From: Spirochaetia bacterium
GTDB lineage: Bacteria; Spirochaetota; Spirochaetia; UBA9216
Length of the DNA stretch: 64,000 nucleotides
Assembly: GCA_963677925.2 (NCBI GenBank)
Contig: CAXXYH010000004.1
Location: 1,120,001 to 1,184,000 of the forward strand
Reading direction: 5' to 3'
The notes beneath the pieces are model-generated. The model did no database searches, was not told the origin of the DNA, and worked only from the letters and a program-made list of their open reading frames with translations. The position numbers and the translations under genes were made by a program. Positions within the stretch are counted from its first letter, which is position 1, and each line of letters begins with the position of its first letter. Shown piece by piece: positions 1-10,602 of this stretch.

Positions 1-924
1 GCTCAGACAGGCAAGCCAATCCTTATCATTGCTGAAGATGTTGAAGGCGAAGCACTTGCAACACTCGTTGTAAACAACATGAGAGGAACTCTTAATGCTG
101 TAGCAGTTAAGGCTCCCGGTTTCGGCGACAGAAGAAAAGCAATGCTTGAAGATATTGCTATTCTTACCGGCGGTGAAGTTATTTCTGAAGATATCGGACT
201 TAAGCTCGAATCTGCAGAGATGGAACAGCTTGGTACAGCAAAAACTGTCAAGGTTGAAAAAGAAAACACAACAATCATCAATGGTGCAGGCAAGGCTTCT
301 GACCTCAAAGACAGAATCGGCCAGATTAAGAACCAGATTGAAGATACTTCAAGCGATTACGACAGGGAAAAGCTTCAGGAAAGACTTGCAAAGCTTGCAG
401 GCGGTGTTGCAGTTATCAACGTAGGTGCAGCAACTGAGGTTGAGCTCAAAGAGAAGAAGCACAGAGTTGAAGATGCACTTTCAGCTACAAGAGCAGCTAT
501 CGAAGAGGGAATTATCCCCGGCGGCGGACTTACTCTTATTCAGGCTGTATCATCACTTGAAAAAGCAGATGAAACCGGTCTTGCTGATGACGAACTTGTT
601 GGATTTAAGATTGTTAAGAGAGCTCTTGAAGAACCTATCAGACAGATCGCTGAAAACGCAGGTCTTGACGGTGCTATCGTTGCCGACAAGGCTAAGAATG
701 AAAAGAAAGGCATCGGGTTCAATGCTGCATCAATGGTATGGGAAGACATGATTAAAGCAGGTATTATTGACCCTGCTAAGGTTACAAGAAGCGCACTTCA
801 GAATGCAGCTTCTATTGCAAGCCTCCTTCTTACTACAGAATGTGCAATCACCGACCTTCCTGCCGATGAACCTGCAATGCCTGCAGGCGCTCCCGGAATG
901 GGCGGAATGGGCGGAATGATGTAA
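1..924 (+). CDS. groEL: Chaperonin GroEL, 5'-truncated by the window edge
   Basis: [29 protein letters not shown] and a C-terminal GGM tail; frame is open from position 1. Confidence 0.99.
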   Translation, partial: AQTGKPILIIAEDVEGEALATLVVNNMRGTLNAVAVKAPGFGDRRKAMLEDIAILTGGEVISEDIGLKLESAEMEQLGTAKTVKVEKENTTIINGAGKASDLKDRIGQIKNQIEDTSSDYDREKLQERLAKLAGGVAVINVGAATEVELKEKKHRVEDALSATRAAIEEGIIPGGGLTLIQAVSSLEKADETGLADDELVGFKIVKRALEEPIRQIAENAGLDGAIVADKAKNEKKGIGFNAASMVWEDMIKAGIIDPAKVTRSALQNAASIASLLLTTECAITDLPADEPAMPAGAPGMGGMGGMM

Positions 925-1004
925 TCAAAAGAGCGGAGCTCTTTTGATTCTGCAGTTTCACCTAAGAAGGTGAAACATGCATATGTTTCAATGATTATTT
1001 ATAC

Positions 1005-1034
1005 AGCCCTGCCCGGTTTTGGGCGGGGCTTTTT
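1005..1034 (+). terminator. Rho-independent terminator after groEL
   Basis: agccctgccc-ggtttt-gggcggggct followed by a T run. Confidence 0.85.
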
Positions 1035-1051
1035 ATTAAAAGGGTAAAAGT

Positions 1052-1348
1052 ATGACCAGAGAAGAATTTGTGTTTTCAATCGGGTTCCAGGGTGAATCGG
1101 CAATCATCGACGGAAAGGCTAAAAAGGAATATGGACGGCTCGGCACTAAAGAGCTGGCCGATAAGGGCCTGTACCGTGCCGCTTTCTGTTCAGCGCTTTA
1201 TGAGGATAACGGGGACGATCTTAAATATGTCCTGAATGCCTACAACGAAAAAAGCGGAGCTACCCTTACAGAAATTGATGATATGAAGAAACTGCTTGGT
1301 GTTTATACCGTTCCCGACGGTATAAAGAAGATTTCTGTTATCAGTTAA
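1052..1348 (+). CDS. Hypothetical protein
   Basis: 98-aa ORF with host-like composition; no motif recognised. Confidence 0.7.
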   Translation: MTREEFVFSIGFQGESAIIDGKAKKEYGRLGTKELADKGLYRAAFCSALYEDNGDDLKYVLNAYNEKSGATLTEIDDMKKLLGVYTVPDGIKKISVIS

Positions 1349-1350
1349 GT

Positions 1351-3042
1351 TCAGATTCGCTGGTTATAGGTTCCCAGATTGAGCCGGATGATACATGAAA
1401 AGTGAACATCGTCCGGAAATATAAGATTTCCGTTAAGCTGAGATGTTACAAGATTATTAATTATTGACAGGCCGAGCGATTCGGTTTTTTCTATATCAAA
1501 TCCGGCAGACAGCCCCTGTCCGTTATCCCGGTACCGGACTTCCAGAATGTTATCTTCGCAGATTTTTACCTCTATCTCTATCAATCCATTATCTGTTTCA
1601 TCAAAAGCATATTTAAGACTGTTCATAGTCAGCTCATTAATTACCAGTCCAAGCGGAATGGCGTAATCAATGAGCAGCTGCAGCTCTTCCGAATTAATAT
1701 GATACTTTATCTGCTTTGCCGGTGGGGTAAAGCTGTAAATCAGAATGGGAACAAGCTCTGTGATATAGTTTTTAAAATTTATATGAGAAAGCTCTGCTGA
1801 ATTATAAAAATTTTCATGTACAAGGGCTATGGATTCAATTTTGGATTTTACTTTTTTCAGAATCTGCTGAGGATCTGCATCAGGGTACTGATTTTCATAG
1901 AGCTGCATCAGTGCTATTATCATCTGCATGTTATTCTTTGTCCGGTGATTCAGCTCTGAAAGCAGTGTTTCTCTTTCTGAGATTGCCTCATTAAGCGAAG
2001 TTTCCCTGCTTTGAATTTTACTAATCATTTTTGAGAAACTGTCGGCCAGGGACTGAAATTCCCTGTAGGCTGCGGGTTTCATCTGATCGTATCTGCCTGA
2101 GGCGGCGCTGCTCATCGAGGCCTGAAATTCTGAAAGAGGCAGAAAAAATCTCCTTATAATAAGAAGTGCTATAGTTGTAAAGACTGCTGCAATGAAAATA
2201 ATTGATAGGAGCAGTGAGGTCGTAACGATATATATTTTACGGTACATCAGATCATAATCCTTGAAGACAAGGATCATATATCCGCTGATATCTGCCTTTT
2301 TTACACTGACCAGACCTTTTTTATTGAAGAGATAGTTAATTGAGGTTCCATAATTCCCCCTTATTGAGTTCTGGATCGCAGGCAGGTTGTTAAGGTTTCC
2401 GATAAGTTTGTCTGAATTCTTTGACTGGGTAACAATATTCCCCCTGCTGTCAAGGATAGCAATGAAATCAGACTCATATTCGACCTGTATGGATATATAC
2501 TGCTCCAGCTGTTTCATATTATAGAAGGCTATCAGGATGCCGGCATCACATCTTGTGGACATGGCAATTGTAGGGGCTCCGGAAATAAGTGATAGAAAGC
2601 TGCCCGACCAGTATACTTCATCGGGTTTAAGGTTCTTTTTGTAGAAGGGCTGGTTGGTAATATCAATTCCGAGATAGTTCTCTTCAAAGGGCCACATATC
2701 AGATACTTTTCCGTTCTCATCTACAAGAGCAATTGCCTCAAAAGTCTGCGTATATTCTATCATGTCTGAAATAAAGCAGGGTTCATTGGAACTCCGACCA
2801 GCCTCATTATGATCATTGAAGTAGGTCCTGATTCCTCTAAGATAATTGACCGGTATATAAAAGTTATGATCAATACTTTGAGTCACTATTTCAGTCAGAC
2901 TGTCGATTTCAGACATCATCCGCTTTTTATAAATCCTGTCTGTTGAAATTACCAGCACAAGTGAGATTAGAACTGCAAAAAATGAGAACAGTATCATTCC
3001 TGTCAGAAGCTGAAGCCTGAAACTTTTTACGATTCTTTGCAT
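1351..3042 (-). CDS. Membrane sensor histidine kinase (Cache-like, HAMP, HisKA_2, HATPase)
   Basis: Two TM segments; ELNHRTKNNMQ H-box; ELTMNSLKYAF, DNGQG and SLGL boxes. Confidence 0.9.
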   Translation of the reverse strand: MQRIVKSFRLQLLTGMILFSFFAVLISLVLVISTDRIYKKRMMSEIDSLTEIVTQSIDHNFYIPVNYLRGIRTYFNDHNEAGRSSNEPCFISDMIEYTQTFEAIALVDENGKVSDMWPFEENYLGIDITNQPFYKKNLKPDEVYWSGSFLSLISGAPTIAMSTRCDAGILIAFYNMKQLEQYISIQVEYESDFIAILDSRGNIVTQSKNSDKLIGNLNNLPAIQNSIRGNYGTSINYLFNKKGLVSVKKADISGYMILVFKDYDLMYRKIYIVTTSLLLSIIFIAAVFTTIALLIIRRFFLPLSEFQASMSSAASGRYDQMKPAAYREFQSLADSFSKMISKIQSRETSLNEAISERETLLSELNHRTKNNMQMIIALMQLYENQYPDADPQQILKKVKSKIESIALVHENFYNSAELSHINFKNYITELVPILIYSFTPPAKQIKYHINSEELQLLIDYAIPLGLVINELTMNSLKYAFDETDNGLIEIEVKICEDNILEVRYRDNGQGLSAGFDIEKTESLGLSIINNLVTSQLNGNLIFPDDVHFSCIIRLNLGTYNQRI

Positions 3043-3087
3043 AATCTAAATTATCATACTATTATTAAAGTAAATCTACGTTAAGGA

Positions 3088-4190
3088 ATGTATTTACGAA
3101 AAAGTTAACAATTTTTATAATTCTGATTCTTCTGTTCTCAGGCTGTTCCGGTGAACGGACTCTAAATATTGGAATGGTTGTAAGCTTGAGCGGAAAATAT
3201 TCATCCCTGCTGACCTCTGCCAGAAACGGGGCTCTGCTTGCAGTAGAAGAGATAAACAATGAAAATGAACTGAAAATTGCATTGACTATTAAAGATGACG
3301 AAAGTGATTGGGATATTATTGAAGGCAGGGTTAAAGAGCTTCTTGAAGAGGATGTTAAGTTGCTGGTTATGGCGGTTGTAAGTTCAAACTATGGAGAGGC
3401 CGCCGATCTGATTGACCGAAGCGATGTTCTGGCGCTTTCATCAACGGTGTCTTCAGAGGTCTTTACAGGAAAGGATGATAATCTTATACGAACAGAGGTT
3501 TCGTCTTCTACCTTTGGTACTGTTCTTGGAAAGTATGCTTCAGAGAAAGGAGTCTCACACGCATTAATAATTGCTGACGGCAGTAATCAGATGTATTCAC
3601 AAAGCCTTTCCGACAGCTTTGTCAAACAGCTGAATGGTTCAGGACTCCCAAAAACGATATCCCGGATTAACTACAATACGCTGAACAATCCGAATTTTAA
3701 AAATATTGCTGCAGAGGCCTCCGATATTTTGCCGGATGCTGTTCTTGTTATCGCCAATCCATTTGATTCAGCCCTGATTTTTCAGCACCTGAGTCCCCGC
3801 CCCAGGCTTAAGCTGATTGCCCCCTGGGGCTTTTCCCATGAATTTATTGAAAACGGCGGTCAGGCAGTAGAAGGGGTTGTTGCGATTGTTTCGAACGGCG
3901 GCGATTCGGAATCTGATGCATATGCCGATTTTGTGAATGCATACCATGAAAGATTCGGTACAGAACCGACCTTTCAATCTGTTAAAAACTATGATCTGGT
4001 AAAGCTTCTTTACCAAACAGCGGTTTCTGAAAAAAAGATGGAGCCCGGCAGGATTAAGAGTGAAATAATCAGTAAAGGTCGATACAGCGGTGTGAATCTT
4101 GAATACTTTTTCGATAGGTATGGTGATTGCACAAGCGGAATGACTGCCTACACAATAATTGACGGTGAGATTCAGCTTCTGGATTATTGA
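3088..4190 (+). CDS. Branched-chain amino acid-type ABC substrate-binding lipoprotein, apparently frameshifted near its start
   Basis: NIGMVVSLSG...RNGALLAVEEIN resembles Peripla_BP_6. The signal peptide and lipobox (LLFSGC) are in frame with 3174, but ATG 3088 is out of frame by 1 nt. Confidence 0.75.
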
Positions 4191-4230
4191 TTGTCTTGAC
4201 ACTTTGGATTCAAATGAGCATATTATAAAT

Positions 4231-4600
4231 AACAGCACAGACGGAGACGAGTAAGCGGTTACAGCTGCCAATAGAGAAAGCGCCCAAAGGCTGGAAGGTG
4301 CTGATAGCTGCCCGCCCAAAACCACTCCCGAGCTGCCCGCAGGAACGCGGAAAAATTCGGCAAAAGTCCTTAGAGACTCAGCCCTTTTATTTCTGTAATT
4401 ATTCCGGGCCGTGGACGACACGTTAAAATCTTCCATAAGGTGCGTGGATAAAAACAAGTTTTCTTAAACCTGTTTTTATCTGTCGAAGTAAGGTGGAACC
4501 GCGGATGGCGCAAAAGCAATTAAGCTTTACGGCTTAAAGAGCTCTTATGCTTTTCGTCCTTGCATAATAAGTAAGGATGGCAGGCGTAAGGGCTTTTTTA
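4231..4600 (+). promoter_or_regulatory. Threonine T-box riboswitch leader of thrS
   Basis: Stem I motifs (GAGTA, AGAGA, GCTGGAAG); specifier codon ACC (Thr) at 4321-4323; T-box AAGGTGGAACCGCG at 4490-4503 can pair with downstream CGTCCTT; ends in a T run; TTGACA at 4196. Confidence 0.88.
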
Positions 4601-4633
4601 AATTTTATACCCTTGCCTGCCGGGGAGATAAAT

Positions 4634-6376
4634 ATGGCAGAAGAAAAAAATGAAAAACTTGAATTAATAAGGCACTCTACAGCGCATGTCATGGCCGAGG
4701 CAGTTTTAAAGCTGTTTCCCGAAGCCAAAATAGCAATCGGACCGTCAATAGAAAACGGATTCTATTATGACTTCGATCTGCCGCGCTCAATCGGTCCGGA
4801 TGATCTTGAAGAAATCACCAAGGTCATGCAGGAAATAATCAAAGAGAAAAAAGAGTTTGTACGCGCTGAAGTTTCTAGAGCGGAAGCCCTTGAGCTTTTC
4901 AAGGATCAGCCCTACAAGGTTGAGCTGATCAATGACCTTCCTGAAGATGCAGTCATTACAACCTACAACCAGGGCGGATTTACAGATCTTTGCCGCGGAC
5001 TCCATGTTGAAAATACAGGCAAACTCAATCCTCAGTCATTCAAGCTTCTTTCCATAGCCGGTGCGTACTGGCGCGGCGATGAAAGCAGGCCCATGCTTCA
5101 GCGTGTATACGGTACGGCCTGGAGCAATCCGAAGGAACTGAGGATGCATCTGCAGCATCTTGAAGAGATGGAAAAACGGGACCACAGAAAGCTCGGAAAA
5201 GAACTGGAACTGTTCAGTCTTCATGAAGAGGCTGGCCCGGGAATGGTTTACTGGCATCCGAAGGGCGCACGCATCAGGCTTGCAATAGAGGATTTCTGGA
5301 GACGGGAACACTACAAAAACGGCTATGAGATGATCTACACTCCGCATATCGGTAAATCCTGGCTCTGGGAAACCTCCGGCCATCTTGATTTCTATAAAGA
5401 GGGGATGTTCAACTCCATGGAAATGGATGCAAGCGATTACTACGCCAAGCCGATGAACTGTCCCTTTCATATTATGATCTACAACAACAAGAAGCACAGT
5501 TACCGTGATCTTCCCTGCAGATGGGCGGAGCTTGGAACTGTTTACCGTTATGAGAAATCAGGAGTTCTTCACGGACTGATGCGTGTCCGCGGATTTACCC
5601 AGGATGATGCGCACATTTTCTGTACACCGGATCAGATGGAAGATGAGATTGCAGAAACTCTGCGCTTCTCGCTTTACATGCTTAAATCTTTCGGCTTTAC
5701 CGAGTTCAAAGCCTACCTGTCTACCAAGCCGGGAGGCGGAAAGAGCGTCGGTGATGAATCCAAATGGGAAGCAGCAACTGAATCACTGCGGAAGGCTATT
5801 GTCAAAGAAGGTCTTGAGTATGAGGTTGATGAGGGCGGCGGAGCATTCTATGGTCCGAAAATCGATATCAAAATTAAGGATGCGATGGGACGCGCCTGGC
5901 AGCTGTCAACAATTCAGTTTGACTTCAACCTTCCTGAAAGGTTTAAAATGACCTTCGTAGATCAGGATGGAAAAGAAAAACAGCCCTACATGATTCACCG
6001 TGCACTGCTGGGTTCAATCGAAAGGTTCTTCGGCGTGCTTATCGAACACTTCGGCGGAGCCTTCCCTGTATGGCTTGCTCCAGTCCAGGTTGAAGTTATT
6101 CCTGTAGCTGAGGCCTTTGATGCTTATGCGAAGAAGATTACAGCTGAACTGAAGGCTGCCGGAATCAGGGTTGAGGCGGATCTCTCCGACGACCGCATGA
6201 ATGCCAAAATCAGAAATGCCCAGAACCAGAAGATTCCGTACATGCTTGTTCTTGGCGAGAAGGAAGAGGCTGAAGGTGCTGTCTCCGTCAGACTGCGCTC
6301 AGGAAAGCAGACCAATGGTGTTCCTTTTGCCGATTTTATGAGTCAGCTGAATGAGGCAATTGAGAGTAAGAGCTGA
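4634..6376 (+). CDS. thrS: Threonine--tRNA ligase (short form without the N-terminal TGS domain)
   Basis: RHSTAHV, DLCRGLH, RDHRKLG, KPMNCP, RVRGFTQDDAH, MIHRALLGSIERF; RBS ggggag before ATG 4634. Confidence 0.98.
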   Translation: MAEEKNEKLELIRHSTAHVMAEAVLKLFPEAKIAIGPSIENGFYYDFDLPRSIGPDDLEEITKVMQEIIKEKKEFVRAEVSRAEALELFKDQPYKVELINDLPEDAVITTYNQGGFTDLCRGLHVENTGKLNPQSFKLLSIAGAYWRGDESRPMLQRVYGTAWSNPKELRMHLQHLEEMEKRDHRKLGKELELFSLHEEAGPGMVYWHPKGARIRLAIEDFWRREHYKNGYEMIYTPHIGKSWLWETSGHLDFYKEGMFNSMEMDASDYYAKPMNCPFHIMIYNNKKHSYRDLPCRWAELGTVYRYEKSGVLHGLMRVRGFTQDDAHIFCTPDQMEDEIAETLRFSLYMLKSFGFTEFKAYLSTKPGGGKSVGDESKWEAATESLRKAIVKEGLEYEVDEGGGAFYGPKIDIKIKDAMGRAWQLSTIQFDFNLPERFKMTFVDQDGKEKQPYMIHRALLGSIERFFGVLIEHFGGAFPVWLAPVQVEVIPVAEAFDAYAKKITAELKAAGIRVEADLSDDRMNAKIRNAQNQKIPYMLVLGEKEEAEGAVSVRLRSGKQTNGVPFADFMSQLNEAIESKS

Positions 6377-6406
6377 TTGAGCAGCTTTAGATAATGCATA
6401 ATAATC

Positions 6407-6437
6407 ACCGGGTCCAAAATGGACCCGGTTTTTTTTT
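6407..6437 (+). terminator. Rho-independent terminator after thrS
   Basis: accgggtcc-aaaat-ggacccggt plus a long T run. Confidence 0.9.
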
Positions 6438-6481
6438 GATTTGATGAACGGTGTATTCTGAAGTATATTTGATTAATATCC

Positions 6482-7126
6482 GTGAAGGATATTACCAAGG
6501 AGATAAAATTGTCAGTACCTGTTTTTGAAGTTGGACCCATTGATCATACCATTGTATATTCCTTTGCTGTCGGGTTTATTCTTGCCTGGCTGATATTCGG
6601 AATCAGGATACTGGTACTCAAATCCCGCAGTAAAAAGGCAATCCGGGGGCTTAAACATACGCTTACCAGCAGAATTGACCTTGATTCCGAGTCGATCGAC
6701 CGGATGCGGAAGGAAATTGAATTACTGCGGAAGAAGAATGCAAACCTTCAGTCTTCTATTTCAAACCTTTCACAGAAGTCCGGCCGGAAGGAAAACCTCC
6801 AGCTTAGGATTTATCAGGATGCTGTGGAGAAGATGTCACTTCAGGCTCCCGGCTTTGCGCCGGCCTGGCAGATAGTGCTTCGTGAATGTGAAGAGGAAAA
6901 CGGCCGAAGCCTTGACGGTTCAAAGGTTTTTACAAAAAGGATTACTCCGGCCGCCGGAAGCGGCTGGATAACTGATGCCGGCAGCCGGGAACCTCGTGAG
7001 GCCCGTTCCGCAGAGACTGTAATTGAGCATGATTCCCAGCTTTCCGGTTCACCGTCGGCGGGTGCTTCAGCTAAACCGGAAAAGGCTGCAAAGCAGGGCC
7101 TTCTTGCTAAGCTGCGGAATCGATGA
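6482..7126 (+). CDS. Hypothetical membrane-anchored coiled-coil protein
   Basis: One N-terminal TM helix, a coiled coil and a low-complexity tail. Confidence 0.7.
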   Translation: MKDITKEIKLSVPVFEVGPIDHTIVYSFAVGFILAWLIFGIRILVLKSRSKKAIRGLKHTLTSRIDLDSESIDRMRKEIELLRKKNANLQSSISNLSQKSGRKENLQLRIYQDAVEKMSLQAPGFAPAWQIVLRECEEENGRSLDGSKVFTKRITPAAGSGWITDAGSREPREARSAETVIEHDSQLSGSPSAGASAKPEKAAKQGLLAKLRNR

Positions 7127-7139
7127 ATACGATCAGTCT

Positions 7140-7865
7140 CTATGAGACGAAACTCATTACAAAGCCGATAAGGCCGCCGAATACTCCGCCCCAGACTACA
7201 AGCCATCCAAGATGCCTTCTCATCATTTCTTTTACAAGTTCCTTAACCATCTTCGGTGTAAGTTCATCCAGTCTGCCCTGAACGATACCGTCAACCTTGT
7301 CTTTTATTACTGCGGAGAGGTCGAAATTCCCGGATTCGAGAATACCCTTGATAAACTTGGGATGTGCAACTTCTTCAAGAAGATATTCCCTGATTTTTTC
7401 CTTAAATTTGCCCCGGTATTTCTCAAACAGACCGTCGCCCCCGAACATTGAGAGCATGCTGCCGAATCCGCTTGAGAGAATCTCTTTCTTAACTGTGTCG
7501 TAGATCTTGTCATAGTCGACCTTGTCAACTGCAGACTCAAAGTCTATCGATTCAAGGATCATATCCTGACCCTCGCTGAAATACTTGTGGAGATTTTCAG
7601 TCGTAAAAAACTGGTCCATCACAAGTTCCTTGATCCATACCTTTATCTCGATAAAATGGGCCGGGATTACACCGGAACCGTAGAGTCCGGGAACCTTTTC
7701 AAACAGCATGAAAATCGCAAGCCAGTTTGTAAGAGCTCCAGAAAGAGCAAAGAAGCCTATGCTTCTGATTCTTTCACCCCACACCGGATCAAGGCGGGCG
7801 GCTATGATGTATCCCGCAGCAATTACAGCTGCAGCAATAAGGTTTGTTACAGAGCTTTTGTTCAT
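7140..7865 (-). CDS. DUF445-family membrane protein
   Basis: GALTNWLAIFMLF and a C-terminal HLGWLVVWGGVFGGLIG. Confidence 0.85.
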   Translation of the reverse strand: MNKSSVTNLIAAAVIAAGYIIAARLDPVWGERIRSIGFFALSGALTNWLAIFMLFEKVPGLYGSGVIPAHFIEIKVWIKELVMDQFFTTENLHKYFSEGQDMILESIDFESAVDKVDYDKIYDTVKKEILSSGFGSMLSMFGGDGLFEKYRGKFKEKIREYLLEEVAHPKFIKGILESGNFDLSAVIKDKVDGIVQGRLDELTPKMVKELVKEMMRRHLGWLVVWGGVFGGLIGFVMSFVS

Positions 7866-7985
7866 TAATACCTCTAAAAATTTGTATTTTTACGAATTTA
7901 TCAGTAAAATATACATACGCTTCAGCCCTCCGGCAATACCTATTTGAGAATACCGGAAAAGAGGGCATGTGTATCGGAGATTGAG

Positions 7986-9509
7986 ATGAAAGAGAGCCTG
8001 TCAAACCTTAAACAGCTAGGGCGAGAGATTTATTTAATGCAGCATGCCCAGGCCGTACTTGAATGGGACATGGAAACCCAGATGCCTGAAGACGGCGCCG
8101 AAGAACGTGCCGAACAGCTTGCACTTTTTGAAGGATTAACACACAGAAAAATAACTTCCCCTGAAATTGGACGTCTGCTGTCGTTTCTCGGCGCAGAGGA
8201 AGGTAAACCCGAGGGAAAGGGTGATTTCGATACCGCAGACAAGGCCTTCGTCCGTGAAATGTTCCGGATGTACAGTCATGCTTCCAAGCTGCCTGAAAGC
8301 CTTGTAACTGAACTTGCAAAACAGACCGGAATTTCCCACCAGGTATGGGTTGAGGCGAGAAAGAAGGCTGATTTCAGTATATTTGAAGATTCTCTTACAA
8401 AGATATATGAACTGAACCATCAGAAGGCTGAGAAACTCGGCTATAAAGAACATCCCTATGATGCCCTGCTTGATGAATATGAACCCTGGATGACTGCGTC
8501 CGAGGTTGAAAAGGTTTTTACCCCCCTTGCTGCTGAACTTTCCGCCCTGGTTGCGGATATTAAAAAGGCGGGTGCTCCTGACTCATCGTTTCTGGAAAAA
8601 AGCTACCCGACAGACCTGCAGGATAAGTTCGGCCGTATGCTTATCGACCGGATGGGATACCCGGAAAAGAGGGGCAGGCTGGATATATCGGCACATCCGT
8701 TTACAACGACCCTGGGTGCAGATGATGTAAGAATAACCACCCGCTACGATGAAAAACTCGTAATGAGCGGGGTATTCAGTAATATTCACGAATGCGGACA
8801 CGCCCTCTATGAGCTCGGTGTAGGAGATAATCTGAAAGGCGGAATCCTCGGTACCGGTGTGTCGCTTGGTATCCATGAATCACAGTCACGTTTCTGGGAA
8901 AACCTTGTAGGCCGCAGCCTTCCGTTCTGGAAGCATTTTTATCCTGAGTTTTCAAAGCTCTTTCCAGAGCAGACTAAGGGTGTCGATGTGGAAACCTTCT
9001 ATAAAGCCGTTAACAAGGTGACTCCGTCATTCATACGTATTGAAGCCGACGAGGTTACTTACAGTCTCCATGTGGTTCTCCGCTTTGAGCTTGAAAAGGA
9101 AGTTCTTTCCGGAAACCTCAAGGTTTCAGATCTTCCTGATGAATGGAACAGAAGGATGAAGAAATTTCTGGGTATAACCCCTGCCAACGATTCCGAAGGC
9201 GTGCTCCAGGATGTACACTGGTCTGCGGGGCTGATAGGTTATTTTCCGACCTATGCTCTTGGAAACCTCTACGGCGCCCAGTTTCTCAACAGCATGAAAA
9301 AGCAGCTGGGAGATGTGGACGGAATATTAGAATCAGGCGATCTGGGTACAATACTCGGGTGGCTGCGTGAGAATATCCACAGTCACGGTATGGTTTACCC
9401 CGCCTCCGAGCTCTGCAGAAGAGTCACAGGAGAGGATTTGAACGCCGCCTACTTTACAGACTACCTTCGGGATAAATTCGGCGGAATATATGGACTTCGC
9501 GGGAATTAA
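7986..9509 (+). CDS. Carboxypeptidase M32 (Taq-type)
   Basis: HPF, DVRITTRY, HECGH zinc motif, HESQSRFWEN, IRIEADE, GVLQDVHW. Confidence 0.96.
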   Translation: MKESLSNLKQLGREIYLMQHAQAVLEWDMETQMPEDGAEERAEQLALFEGLTHRKITSPEIGRLLSFLGAEEGKPEGKGDFDTADKAFVREMFRMYSHASKLPESLVTELAKQTGISHQVWVEARKKADFSIFEDSLTKIYELNHQKAEKLGYKEHPYDALLDEYEPWMTASEVEKVFTPLAAELSALVADIKKAGAPDSSFLEKSYPTDLQDKFGRMLIDRMGYPEKRGRLDISAHPFTTTLGADDVRITTRYDEKLVMSGVFSNIHECGHALYELGVGDNLKGGILGTGVSLGIHESQSRFWENLVGRSLPFWKHFYPEFSKLFPEQTKGVDVETFYKAVNKVTPSFIRIEADEVTYSLHVVLRFELEKEVLSGNLKVSDLPDEWNRRMKKFLGITPANDSEGVLQDVHWSAGLIGYFPTYALGNLYGAQFLNSMKKQLGDVDGILESGDLGTILGWLRENIHSHGMVYPASELCRRVTGEDLNAAYFTDYLRDKFGGIYGLRGN

Positions 9510-10227
9510 TCCCGAAAATCAGTACCTGTGGCTGACTCTGGCCGGTTTTGCTCTGGGCAGCGGAATCAGTTTTTTCAGCCACAGAAAGCCGCGCAGGCAT
9601 CCGGCGGCGGCTGTACTATTTATCAGTTTATCAATTCTCTTTCTTACTTTCGGAATATTTTTAAGCAGCTACAGCTTCTGGAATTACAAGGTGCTGCTTG
9701 TATGGTTCGGAGCACTCACAGTTTCCGGCTTCCTCTGTGTCAGGTTCTGGCGCTTTGTAGGTATTCCTGTATTCTCCCTGTTTTTTGCGGCTCTTTTTAT
9801 TTTTTATTACAGTTTCGCCTCCTGGTCGCCGGTTCAGCCGGGACAAAATCTGTGCAGTTTTACACTTCTTTCAGGCGGCGGCGATAAAACTACAATTTTG
9901 AGTGAAGATACGCAAAATAATCAGGATGTACTTGAATTCGGCGCCGGAGGGATCTATCCTGAAATCAGGATGCTTGAACTTCCGCACTGGTTTTTCCTGT
10001 CCAGAACAGGGGCCATATATGAGCCTCTGCATTCACAGTTTGCAGCAGAGGAAAACGGAGATTCTGAGAGCGCTCCGGCGGTTAAGATCAGGCAGCTTTT
10101 CGGACGGATTCCGGGCTTTATTTTTGTAACTGAAAGTGCAGGACCCCTCTATCCGGTTCCCGGAGTCCGATATGATTTGTCATTCAATTCCGACGGTCTG
10201 CCGGCCATAAAAAAAAGAATTGACTGA
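9490..10227 (+). CDS. Hypothetical membrane protein
   Basis: Four N-terminal hydrophobic segments; overlaps the upstream stop. Confidence 0.7.
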   Translation: MDFAGINPENQYLWLTLAGFALGSGISFFSHRKPRRHPAAAVLFISLSILFLTFGIFLSSYSFWNYKVLLVWFGALTVSGFLCVRFWRFVGIPVFSLFFAALFIFYYSFASWSPVQPGQNLCSFTLLSGGGDKTTILSEDTQNNQDVLEFGAGGIYPEIRMLELPHWFFLSRTGAIYEPLHSQFAAEENGDSESAPAVKIRQLFGRIPGFIFVTESAGPLYPVPGVRYDLSFNSDGLPAIKKRID

Positions 10228-10274
10228 TAAAATGATGCTCACGCTATTGAGGAGCGTGCCCGATACAGTAATAT

Positions 10275-10568
10275 ATGCTGATAACATTCTACAAACCAGA
10301 AGAAGACGGAAGTCTCAGATACTACTCGGTCCATGACCGTCAGCCTACATTGTTCAGTAAGTATTCATTCACTTCGATCTACGGTATGAATCAGGGAAGC
10401 GGACGCGAACGCGTTTATTCTTTTACAACCCGGCGTGAAATGGATAAAAAGATGAGAGAAATATTCAACGAAAGAGTGAAAGACGGCTACAAGGTCCTGT
10501 ACTCGTTTGCAAGAAACAAGAAGTACGTCAGCATGTTCGATGAAGTCTCGAAGATGAACGCCGGATAG
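10275..10568 (+). CDS. Small WGR-domain-like protein
   Basis: RYYSVHDRQPTLF...YG...G...KDGY pattern resembles a WGR domain. Confidence 0.55.
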   Translation: MLITFYKPEEDGSLRYYSVHDRQPTLFSKYSFTSIYGMNQGSGRERVYSFTTRREMDKKMREIFNERVKDGYKVLYSFARNKKYVSMFDEVSKMNAG

Positions 10569-10602
10569 AGTATACTGCTCAACCGGTTTTCTGGCTCTCC
10601 GC

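Noticed and set aside
925-990. Palindromes after groEL (aatcaaaagagc..gctcttttgatt; tgaaacatgcatatgtttca) as CIRCE or ncRNA
   Set aside because: They do not match CIRCE (TTAGCACTC-N9-GAGTGCTAA) and lie downstream of the gene; most simply 3' UTR stem-loops.
3768-4457. 229-aa minus-strand ORF
   Set aside because: Antisense shadow of the binding-protein gene and the T-box leader; no recognisable motif.
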